A stretch of 64,000 nt of DNA from Marsupella aquatica (lineage: Eukaryota > Plantae > Marchantiophyta). The stretch covers positions 25,753,233 to 25,817,232 of the forward strand of contig OZ316892.1 in the NCBI GenBank assembly GCA_973895155.1. The letters are read 5' to 3'. A program made the translations under genes and the position numbers. A model generated the notes under the pieces. The model did not search any database. It was given only the letters and a program-made list of their open reading frames with translations, and was not told the DNA's origin. Below are positions 52,701-64,000 of this stretch, in pieces; the stretch's first letter is position 1, and each line of letters opens with the position of its first letter.

Positions 52701-55700
52701 GCGTTTGTGCCATGTATTCTATACCATGATTTACAGTAAAAAGATTATTTCTCGTTCTTCGACGGGCGCAGCTCCGTTGTTCACATTAGACAGTGCTTAA
52801 AAAGTAATTGGGAGACTGGTGCCGCTCTGTCATGTTGATTGATCCACAAGGACATAATTATGGCGGACGGGAAGCCAGATGCAAAGTAAACGGGGAAAGA
52901 TCGGGGACAAATGCGCCACACCAATGTAAGGGATGGCTGAGCAACAGAAAGAACAGCCTCTGTTGCATGAGAGCGTGGGGACTCTGTTTACCGTCACGGT
53001 ACTTACTTCAAACAGTCTAGTACCAGTAAATGTCACCACGAGCTAAATCATTCTGTTCTCACGCTCGTTGGAAGATAAGGATGTACTGATGTGTTCGCCC
53101 TTTTCACTTCAATGCTTCAAGTAACTCGTTCAGTCAAATTCAATAATCTTAAAGGACACACCGTATCCATGCCGGAGGTCAGATTCAAGGTGGAACAGGT
53201 GAAACAGGTGAAACCACGAGAAGGTAACGGAAATGACATCGAATGTGTACATTGACTGGTCTGAAGACGCAGTACCACGAGAGAAAGGTATGGGATGCGG
53301 GACACCAAATTGACGGATTTGATCAATTGATTGACATGGTATGGTTTCAGGGGGAATGGGAAGGAACTGTTGTACCGACATATCGGCAGCAAAAGTTTTC
53401 GTCTCAATTGTCTAGTTTCGACGACCTGGTCTACTGCACCGCGTCGTCAACAGTGAACTCCCTACCCAGCTAAGTAACTCTCCGGCGTCTAGAAATTCGC
53501 AGCGAGAATTCCACGCGATGGTTTCGAGGCGGGCTGGTTAATAACTAGAATACGGTGTTACGGATCTACTTTAGTTCTTGGAACGAATGCTTTGGTGGCT
53601 CGTTTGGTGTCAGACATATCTATCCATGCGGGGAGGTTTTGGCATGATATGTTCGCTTTTCTTCTGCCAGACACAGCGACCGACCGACGGGCGCAATGGC
53701 CTCTGCGCTTTCTCCATAGCGCAGCATCGCAGGTAAAGGCATGGCGGCCCCCTCAGTTTGTCTGTCTGACGGGGGCACTGGGGCAGTCCACCCTGATCGA
53801 GTCAAAATAAGCATCCCTCCGGCTTCACCGCAATCGTTGTCCGAACTATGCCTCGAGGAAACAAAATCTCTACATTATTACTTTAACATTTTCCACTTTC
53901 CTAAGGCTGTTATCCATAGGGTGGGGAACGAGCTATGGCCAAAGGTTCACCTGCGCGCACTGCTGGTGTCGGAACACTCATTGTACACGCCATCTCTCTC
54001 CCCCCTCAACCTTTGGGCCAGCCGGCGTGTTCGGGAAGGGACGGGAGGGCACCATGCACTTTGCAGGGGATACAATTATCCAAAAAGTAGCCCCCTCCTT
54101 TTAGGTGAAGATGCCGATCGGAATAAATGCCATGGATCTTCCAAATCTGACTTCCAATCTCTGAAGGATATTCCCCAGTACCGCGAAATTCATTTGATCC
54201 CATCCGCAGGGATGGCTGTCTTGTTGGGAACGAAGGAACATAGAGCTTATATTAGTGTTGACCCACTACTGATTAGTCGAGCACTAGCCGTCCAAGGTCG
54301 GCTGAGCAGCACCTTGATGACTATCCCAGGCATTTTCGTCCTCCTTAACAGTAGAGATCCCAGGTGCCTACGCTGCCTTGATGTGCAGCAGATAACTTGT
54401 CTGTCGTCACATATCTACGGCACCAAGTTGCCGTCCGTGGAGTTTACTTCGATCAATTAATGAGAACTAATGCAAATCTTCTGCTCAAAACATTCACATT
54501 CCACGGGCCGCATTCGGACAGAATATAAACTCACTCCGCCCCCATAATTGTGTTAACTGTTGGCCCACGAGGATTGATCAGGTTATGGGTGATGCCGAGT
54601 TCGTGATATCCAGCAATCTGCGATGGAAGGCATGGCGGCATTTCCACCGTCAATTATGGTTGCAGAGAATGATGTCTAGTTGACCTAGTCAGGTTTTAAC
54701 GCAGTCAGTAAGATAAGATACCACACTTCACCTTCGCACAGTACCGCAACGTCGGTAGAGAGGTATCGAAGTACTGTGGTAAGCTTACCTGCATGGAAGA
54801 GAGTCGATACAGCATGCGCGGTTCACAACTGCTGGAAAAGAAGAGGTGAATGAAATAAGAATACCCAAGCGACCGAAGGACAGAATTGTAGACCTCCATA
54901 GCAACGTTCACAGTCAATCAGCCCCGAATTTCTCCCATGGATGAAAAACAAAGATGGGAGAATAATCTGATGCTCCAAACGGTCGAACGTTTCCCATCCA
55001 GTAGATCCAAAGCTCCAATGCATTGTACGAGATGAAGACCCGGGGAATCTACACGATTTTCAAGTTCTTCTGAAGGGACAGTGATACCAAAGCGATGTCT
55101 AGAGCCGTGAAGGACTAGGACCGGAGCTCAATTATGGTACCAGAGATATGCAAGTAGTCTTCGTCTCCTTTGTTTGACAAGGGGTTCCTTTGCAAATTGG
55201 CAGAGCGGGTACAAGGAGAATGAAGGGAGAGGCACAGATGGAAGGTGTACCCGGAGAGAAACGGTGGATGAATTGTTCTAGATGGAACTCACAGGTCGCA
55301 GTTTGCAAAAGCTGTCGTCCGACCTCCCGGCCATAAATCGATGCAGCTTTTTCAGAGTCGCCTGGCCCGCCAGGCAGGCACGTGAGTGAAGGAGGTAGGG
55401 AAAGTACCGGATCTCGGTTTTAACTCGGATGTTGGCTGTGGCCGACGCCCTCCGAAAAGCGTACGGTACTTGTCATCTGGTGAACGTCAATTCATTCGAG
55501 TGAATGCTGAAAAAGCGTGCATCCGGAGGCGCTACTGACTGTGCGAGCTACTCATTGCACCGAGCTGTGGTCCAGGACCGCCCAATGTTTTCGGCAACAG
55601 CTTCAGCCATGCTCTAGCAAAGGGGCGCATTCGACTCCGTTCGGTAGTGGCGACAGTGGTGGAGGCGCATAGGCCGGCAAGCCAGTGCCCTGCACATATT

Positions 55701-57851
55701 TTACGTGCGCAGGGACATTAATACAGTAGTTGTCTCCAGTAAGGAGCAGAACTGTAAGCTTTTTGGGTGGCATTCGAATAATTGAGTGACAACAATATGC
55801 CCGTGAGACCACATTCAAAGCTTACGAGCTTTTTGAGGTCACTGATTGCCAAAAAAGTGATAGTTAACAATGACAACACTACTACTGTGAAATTGAAGTG
55901 CATCTACGTGGTGCGATGTAGATGTACTGTTGTGCATTAGACGAAAATGAATCTGACCTGATGCGGCATGACGTCCATAAAGCGCCCGCAGTATCCTCGT
56001 GCATGGGAAGAGAAGCCTGCTGAATCATCAAGTGACTCCTAACCTTACCTAGCGAGGATTACTGCCTAAGGGTTTTAGCAATTCAGAATCCTTCGAAGCC
56101 TTCACAACGTCGGGATATGCATCTCACGAAGCGCAGCGGCAAGTGAACGAGCTTTGCGTGGTGCCGACAATTATATTCCAAGAAACAGACGCTCTTCAAG
56201 GGCAGCTACCAACCAAAGTTGATACATCATGGCATGATTGGAGATGGTGCAGTAATAGAGCGTCCGTCTGCGGGCTAGGCCGTGCTCGAAGGTCTCCTAC
56301 CGGTTATTGAAAATGTGAGACCTGTGCCATTTCAGATACTTGCATTACAAATACTCATTTTCAACGAGTAGAGTGACCTGAGTGTACTGGTTAACCTTCC
56401 TAACTTGCTATACCAACCAAGCCGCACTAGCCCCGACTGAGAATACCGGTTACAAGGTGTTGAAACCAACAACCTGAGTTTGCCGTTCGAGATACTTGCA
56501 CGGCTAATACAGCCGTGGCATCGAGAAATATGATGCGAGGTTATAGTAGACTGTATAGAGATTGACGTTGCTACATAAATGAGTCACACAAGCCCGACGA
56601 CGAGGTATCACGAGATCGCACTTAATTTCCAACAACTTCCGGCATTCTACGTGCACTCATCCTGCGTACGGGCTGGCCAGGAAGGCCTGAACACGGACGG
56701 TAACAACCAAAGACTCCAAGATTTGTCACCCACTAATCGACCTCGGACAGACGCGAGATCGCTTCTCAGGCCGCGAACTCCAACCCTATTCTGCAGAAGG
56801 TCTACTGCCGGAGCCGACAGTTGTAGGTCAGGACTACAAAGAACTGGAGAATTGTCAGACGCAATCAACTGTGCATTTGCTTACGACACAACTGTAGTGG
56901 TTTCCTTTACAATGGGTGATGTCTACCTTAACGAGCTTTTCGCCTCTTATTACGCAAGCAAATCCTTATTCTGGCGACATCCCGTTCGGTGTTTATACCT
57001 AGAATGTACGTATGTATGCACAGCTCCTGTGCCCGCACGCCCGGGGAGTGCAACTATGCGAAGAAATATTTAATAGTCTAAAGTCACGATACAGTAGATC
57101 AAATCAGTAAGCAAGAGACGAGATGCGGAAAATCGTGGTGGATCATCAGCGCAGATTGGCACCGCACGGCGATCAGACACCACTGGGAGCTACAGGACTG
57201 AAAAACAATATCCAACGTCGGTCTTGACGCCTTCCGGATGAGAGCGAGAGAGCGCCTCATGAACACGGCACACACGGGATGGCGATGCTGACATGATCGG
57301 CAGATTTTAAACTTACGTAACAACTTCATGGTACAGGGAGAGCGAGACGATCTCCACACCATTATTCGTACCGGAAGGTAAACAAAATTACTCTTAAGCC
57401 AGAGCTGTCTCGTGCAACAATGTCAGAAATGAAGGCATCCAAAGGAAGTGTCACTCTTTATGGAAGTAATTTACAACAAATGGTGAAATGGCTGGCTACC
57501 GGTCTACAGTGATAGATATATACAAGTGACTATTTAATAATTGAGTGCGGTGTTCACCCCAGAGCTCGGTCGGGTCGACGGCATGACAAGGTATGGTATT
57601 CTATGGCTAGACGACATCGAAGGTTCGGATGCTACCTACAGACCTAGAGAATCTTGTCGGTCATCGATAGATATCTTCCAAGCTTCAGATCCTCCGGATC
57701 CTGACTATGAAGGCCTCCCTCGGTGAACCGTCCTGCCTCCCTCGGCAGGTTAACTAGCTAGCTAGCTAAGGGTCGTGACTGTTAGCCACAATTTCTGAAG
57801 AAAAGCAAAGACACTTCGTACTTCAGCTCCTTATAGGCTGCTGCTTTTCGG

Positions 57852-59987
57852 TTAAAGGCTGCGTCGTGGGGGTCGTAGTACTGCATGCTTCTACCGCTGG
57901 TACCCATTCATATCGGCCCTTCAACGGTTTGTCGGTCACTACATCGTAATTGTATCTGCACAGGAAGGGTAAACTTTATCTTCAGAAATCTCATTCCACA
58001 ACAAAAATCAGAACTATCGGCTTGAGTGAGGAGACGAAACAGTGTGACAAAAACATTAGATTGAACTGGGGATTAAATAACTTCATGCGCGAACTGGACC
58101 AAGTGTGCTACAAAAAAATTGAATTTCAACAGGAAGGGCGCAATTGTGGGGAAAAACCAGCGACTTATTTTCGATCATCTCTGGAAAATAGCTTGACTCA
58201 CCTTTCCGTAAATCTCTTTCCCTCTTCCTTCTCCGTGTTGTCGGGCGTTGCAAAGAGTTCATCGATAGCTTTAGCGTCGTTAAAAAGATTCGCTCTCATA
58301 TATCTCCGGTTCATCATGCGATGATGGTTAGCCATGCGGCGATCCTGTCCATCGACTGGGAATCCCGTTCTAGACACTGAACATGGGTCTAAATCTAAAA
58401 CAGGTTCTTTCTCTTTTGGGGAGCTGCTGACCGGACTGCCACGGAAAAACCTGCATCATTCAGATCGGCGTCACTCTCGAGAGAATAGCGCGTCTTTGCA
58501 TACCTTAACAAATCTTGACAAACTAGCACTTTGACTGAAAAAATACTGGGAAGTCAGCGATCGTGGCTCCAGCCTCACCTTCTTCTCGCTGACAACAGGC
58601 CCAGCTCGCCCGCCACATACTCACACGAGGCGTCGACCTGAGAAAGAGCACAGGGAAGTCACTTTAGTCACGCAAGCACAAATAGTGCAAAATGCTCCAC
58701 TCTGAACACTGCGAACAGTGAAAGACCTTTATAGGACAGTTGATTAAGACCCGCCGTGTTTCGGGCACCAGGAATCAAGGAATAATCAGAAAAAACAACG
58801 ACCATGGCTTGTTAATACACCACTGGACACGGACAGACTGAGGAAAACCAGGAAGATGTGGAGGTGAAACCGCAGACACGAATGCCGGCAGGGTGATGGA
58901 TTTTAGCATCGCTCGACCTGGCCCCACCTTGGCACCAGCTTGGACTGCATTGTATGGACTCAATCCGGGTTGAGCGTTTCTTTCACTCACAAAATATTGA
59001 AAGCAGGATGACATGCACAACTTCGGCAGTTGGTATCGGATAACACTCTGCAACTCTTAGACAACAATGGGCCCGTGTATCATCTAAAAATTTGGGGAAG
59101 GGAGTACGCGCGATTCGACAACGCCGGGCTAACCTACGTCACAAAACAGAGAGAAAAGAGGGAGGGCTACCCTCGAGGAAGTGGCTCTTTGAAAAGGACG
59201 TACAATCTTGAGTCCTTCGTCACTGGAAATTCGAATGACGCAGTTACATCCACCTAATTCATGAGTACGTCGGGCACGAGAAAGATGGTCAGTCATTGAC
59301 AATGAAAGCTTTTATATCACTAACCTCAGGGCGTCCGTTGTTCACTCCATCCTGCAAAACGCCGTCATCCACAGGAAATATGCCTCCCGGCATTCCCATA
59401 CAGGCGTGGGATCCTTCACTGCTTCGTTCAGGTGGCGCATTCCCTGACCTCAAAGGCTCCTCTCCCGCTGCAAACTGGGAACATCTTAGCTGTGCGCCAT
59501 CGAGACTGGCCCTTGGAGGACTCAACGCTGACTCCTTAAATATACGAAACCCATCGACGTGTCTAGGAGACAACTCCGGCGTTCGCGAGGAGCCATCAAC
59601 TTCAGCCTGTAACACCAAGGCTTCCCCTGCAGGCCTTGCTGTGCAGACAATCTCGTCCACTGCCATAATGTTCTCCATCTTAGAGCAATTCTTCAGGTCT
59701 TCATTCAAATCGTCTTCCCTCGAAGGATGACCTCTGACGGGTTTTGGAATCTCTTTCACAACCTTCTCAAGTTTCCTACTCCGCAACTCCAGGTATGTAG
59801 TGTGGAAGGGATCTACAACAATGTCACGCTGCTGCTTAGACGTCGCACTTTTCGCTAAAGCAAGCTTACGGTCATACTCAACAAGAGCCAATGTCTTGGC
59901 CCTAGTTCTCACCCCAAGAGCCCCTTGCGAAACTTCCATCAAGGCAACCTTCCCCGCGCCTTTCCCTTTACGCATGTACTTTCCCAT
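57852..59987 (-). CDS. KRP: Cyclin-dependent kinase inhibitor, KRP/ICK family, 4 exons
   Basis: Exons 59987-59325, 58637-58579, 58450-58202, 57955-57852; MGKYMRK, GVRTRAKTLAL, YLELRSRKLEK; CDI motif KRFTERYNYDVVTDKPLKGRYEWV. Confidence 0.92.
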
Positions 59988-61309
59988 TCTATCCGATGGG
60001 AGTAGAATCTTGCCACCACTTCAACATACGGTTAATGCTCGCCCAACGACCATACACTTGGAGCTAACCAACCGAGGTATTTAGACTCTAGTAATCCAGA
60101 CGAGTTTAATTCCAAGGAAAACGGTGCCCACGAATTTCTACTCCCGTTACGACACCTTTTACTTCCCAAACTCGGCTCTCTCATTCATTTCGGGAAGCTC
60201 AGCTCGTATCACAAAATGACTGTCCCTCCGTTCACATAATTCACATCGCACCAACTTGAAAATGGCCGACACAAACAGACCAAAAAAGGGACTCTACTCC
60301 AGCCTAGCCAATTCGGGTCCAATGCTTCCCAAGTGAGTGACCAGTGTTCTGCGGCTGTTCCAATTCGGGAAACGCGGTTGGAAACCTTTTCTCGTGCCAA
60401 TCACCGATAGCAGAAACGTCGGTGGAAATAGAGATAAGGGTAGGGGTACGTTTAAAATGCTACACAGCAGCTGCTCACGCAACTTCGCTGTTCTAGCTCT
60501 AGGCAAAAGCGAAAGCGAAGTAATTCTCGAAAACGACGGCAAACTTAATGGGAAGAGCAGGACTAAATCTCCCGAAAGAATGCGGAAAACCACGGGAACG
60601 CCACACTTCCGCCCGCACTTCTGCCCTACTGCAAATGCGAAACGAAGGGAAAATGGAGGGAAACGCAATGGAGGGTGTGGGCCAACTCACGACTGCGCCC
60701 CTCACGACTGAGCCTTCGAAACAAGGCAGACAGTTTACACGTGCTGAGATACACTCCCAGGGTACAATTCGCTGTTCGAGCCAGAAATGAGCGCTACGCT
60801 GCTCCTTCCCGGATGAGGTTCAAAGTGCGAGCAGGTGGCAGAGGTGGAAATGAAAACATGCCACACTAATACGACAACTGCTTTCCACCCTTCGCGCCAG
60901 CCACTGTCCTCGACTCCTCGCTCCACTACTGCGCTCCGCAGCGGCAGGAATGAATCGAAGCAGCGCAACAACGAACGTTCACCGATTCATTCAATCAAAT
61001 CAATCAATCAATGCACCGATCCTGTCCCACACCCTCTCTGGCTTCTCTCCAACGCAACTCGCAGCACCCCACCCGACCTCCACTTCCCCTCCGTCGCCAA
61101 ACCAACACCCGCTCTCCCGCTTCGCCCCTCGCTGCCTCATTCTGCACACAGCCTTCCCATAATCATATCGAAGCGTGTGGCCCAAGCATCTCTGCAACGA
61201 GCGAGCGAGCGCGAGTACTCCTGCACACTGTAGAGCTCAGCATTCCATCAGCATATCTCCGCATCAAGTGAGAACGCGATGCAGAGCTCCTCCACCCTCT
61301 CACATATGC

Positions 61310-61768
61310 TCTCTCCTCTCCTCTCCTCTCCTCTCACACCAACGCGACAGACTCACAGAGTTCGCTGCCACCCAACATAAAAAGGACTCAGCATCGCTCC
61401 CGCTTTACTCCTGTAGTAATCCACTAGAGCCCATCCATCCATCCATCCATCCGTCCGTCCGTCCGTCCGTCCGTCCCCTCGGAATACGGGCACTGGGTCT
61501 CACTACTACTGTTGCTGTTGCCTTTGTTCCTGTGCGCGGTAGGGACGGAACGAACGAAATAGCCGTCGACGAGAAACAAGGAGACGGGAAGGGACGGGAT
61601 GGGAGCAGACAAGGGAGGGCAGGGGAACGAAGAAAGGGTGATGAGCGGGGGTGGGAGAGGCGGACAAGGAAGGAAAGGGAAGCGAGGAGCATAATTATAG
61701 GAGTGGGAGACGAGAGTCAGTTGTGGTGTCACACTGGTGTCACACTGGTGTCACACTGGTGTCACACT
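61310..61768. repeat. Microsatellite cluster upstream of KRP
   Basis: (CTCTC)n ~61310-61334; compound (CCAT)n(CCGT)n ~61431-61474; (GGTGTCACACT)x4 ~61725-61768. Confidence 0.85.
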
Positions 61769-62511
61769 GTCATCACTATGGGGCTACCGGCTACCACCGT
61801 TACACTTCAAGAGTAACAGCACGCTCGTCACGTCTGTTGTAACCCGGCTCTCTACTACTACTGTACGGGCCAGCAGGTTGGAGGAGAAATAGTTATTATT
61901 ATTATTGAAAAATAAAAGCCCTTGGTATCGTGATATTTATTGTTTTTTCTTTGTAGCTAGGGTGTGAAACTAAAGCCAGAATGGAACTCCACTTTGTCCA
62001 TGAAGCCCAGATGGACCGCCAAGCTTGGATGTATTTGTTCAGAACATTTAAACTCACTCAGAACACTTTTGATTGAAATGGTTTCCTTATCGTTTGCAGC
62101 CGGTTTCAATTACATTACCAAACCGGTTTTCTTGGTAATTTGACTAATTGACTACCTTGAATTTCAAAGACCTCAAGTAATTTCTCCCCAAGGTAGTTCA
62201 AATAGTCAACTACAATCCACGAGTGGTTCCTGTTTTCTTTCCGGTATAAATCCCTTTACGCACTCCATGAGGATGAACAGGGACAATGTCTCGGTCCATC
62301 TGGACTTTTGTTTCCCAGGTTGTGGGATGTCCCCTTTGTGTGAATTAGAAAGATGCTAGGAAGATTCCTTCCTACTTTGTAACATGCATAATTTACTCTA
62401 TGACTGTCAAATCTCCCTAGATTTAAAAATGGCCATCAGATTCTGGCTTTTGGGATTTGAGGCTATGTGAGAAATTGGCTAATGGACAAGACAGAAATGG
62501 AAAAACAATTA

Positions 62512-62981
62512 CCTTGTTTTTGGCATTCCTTTCAAATTCATCATCCATCTCCTCACAGAAAGCAATGAGTTGGATGACCTCTGGGGGTCTGTCCAGTGTA
62601 GTGACAAACTGCTATCCTACCCTTCTTTGTCTTCGTCACTTAGCTGCACTACCTTTCGAGTCTTTTTGCCTTTCTTTGCAGGGGGCTTCTTGGCTGCCCT
62701 CTTCTTCTGGGTAGCGCTCACAATTTCTTGTCCAGGCCCCATGGCAGGGGGCATCTATGGGCAAGGGGAAGAGGCGGAGAAGGGAAGGGGGATGATTGAA
62801 AGGATTGCTCACGGTGCCCACTAGCATGAAATGAACGAGCTGGGTAAGGTGCTTCATTCATTGCCCTCTCAAACTCCTCATTGGAGAAGAAATCTGTTGA
62901 TGTCCCTGGTAGAGAGGAGTCCCCTCCTTGATACCCATATGTTGATTGCAAATCTGGAATGTCATTTTGTGCAAACTTCAT
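62512..62981 (-). pseudogene. Degenerate Myb/SANT (trihelix-like) fragment, possibly the DNA-binding ORF of a PIF/Harbinger-type element
   Basis: Across frameshifts: KKRAAKKPPAKKGKK..LSDED..HWTDP-EVIQLIA..EMDDEFERNAK-KQG, then a GTAATT donor. Confidence 0.45.
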
Positions 62982-64000
62982 TCTCTGTACGTGATGAATT
63001 TGTTACCAAGCCTAGAAAGCAGAGTGCTCCATATCCTCAGGCAGAAATGTGCTGATTGACCTGAAGGAATTATGAGAAATTGAGCAATCTGACGAGTAAG
63101 CAATGTCTGTTGAGAAAAGAGAGCTCTATGAAGTAGCACCACTGGCGCCCATGTTTTCAAGTTCTGCAAATTTGACGTGAATGTTTGAAATTGCAAACTC
63201 TCCCACAGCGTCCCTCTCACTCATGCCCACCATCTTGCATCAGCGACAACCACACTTCCTATGGGTCCACATTTATTGAAACCTGCCCATAATAGGAATG
63301 GACCAAGTGGCCAGATTCGACGGCACGTCCGACGGAGGTGTCAATTCATTATTTTAGAGAATGTGAATAGGGAATATATTTTGGTCACACTTATATTGTC
63401 CTCTCCACTATTCACGTTCAAAGAACAGGTAGTCGGGGCTAGTACAATGAAAACCTCTTTGGTTTCACCCTGACATGCTAGCGGGCACAGTGGTGGTGAA
63501 CTGGGAAACTGTGAGCTGGGACATGGAATGCGGGAGAGCCCTCATCCTTCACTATCAACCTTGCAATTGCCAACAGACGAGCCAACAGGACACTAGTTAT
63601 GCAGAAAAAGTCAATCTATGGAACCAGCAGAAATTAGTGTTAGTTTCAGTATGATTTTCTTAGCATTTGCAACACTAATTCCCCACTATTTAGCATTGCT
63701 AGCACTTAATATTTGGAAGTGACACTAGTCAATTACCAAGTCTGCTTTTTGTTGGGGTGTCATGAAGGGTGTACACTTATATTGGAGTCAAACCCTCACT
63801 TAGTTCACCTCTGAATGTTACAAGGGAAAACAAGAGGCAAGCCTTGACAAAGTTTGATGCTCTACAAATTTTTGATTTTGGCCAATGCATATTGGTGTGC
63901 TGAATTGCAAGGAATGATTGGAAGTTGGAAGTCTGGAAAATGGACATAGATGCAAGGGTCAATGGAGTGAAGCAGAAGCCACACCAAAGCATTGAAGCAC

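Noticed and set aside
53741-54460. 239-aa + strand ORF
   Set aside because: No recognisable motif or splice support; could be chance or a decayed gene.
60209-61842. Many overlapping ORFs upstream of KRP
   Set aside because: Low-complexity leader or promoter sequence with microsatellites; no domain.

Overview
Eukaryotic, intron-containing land-plant DNA, probably a non-seed plant such as a bryophyte (inference from gene style and repeat content). Four host genes can be reconstructed exon by exon: a plastid FAD/NAD-binding oxidoreductase of the pKIWI502 type (-), an organellar tRNA 2-thiouridylase MnmA (-), a chloroplast phosphoglycolate phosphatase (+, head-to-head with MnmA) and a KRP/ICK CDK inhibitor (-). 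A full-length but frameshifted Ty1/copia LTR retrotransposon (18059-32388; 324-bp LTRs, AAAGG TSD) sits inside an old inverted-repeat element. The highlight is an 8,302-bp cut-and-paste DNA transposon (21781-30082) inserted into the copia pol, with perfect 15-bp TIRs and an 8-bp TSD. It encodes a spliced P-element-like DDE transposase with no THAP domain seen and a possible BAH-like C-terminus. It also carries a stand-alone EDM2-type multi-PHD heterochromatin-reader ORF, a second PHD-like ORF, a captured MYB exon, a subterminal repeat array, and a D-armless tRNA-like structure just after the transposase stop. This looks like a candidate undescribed plant P-like transposon with its own chromatin-reading module. 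Positions 1-12,000 and 45,000-57,500 are mostly degenerate repeats that I cannot identify.
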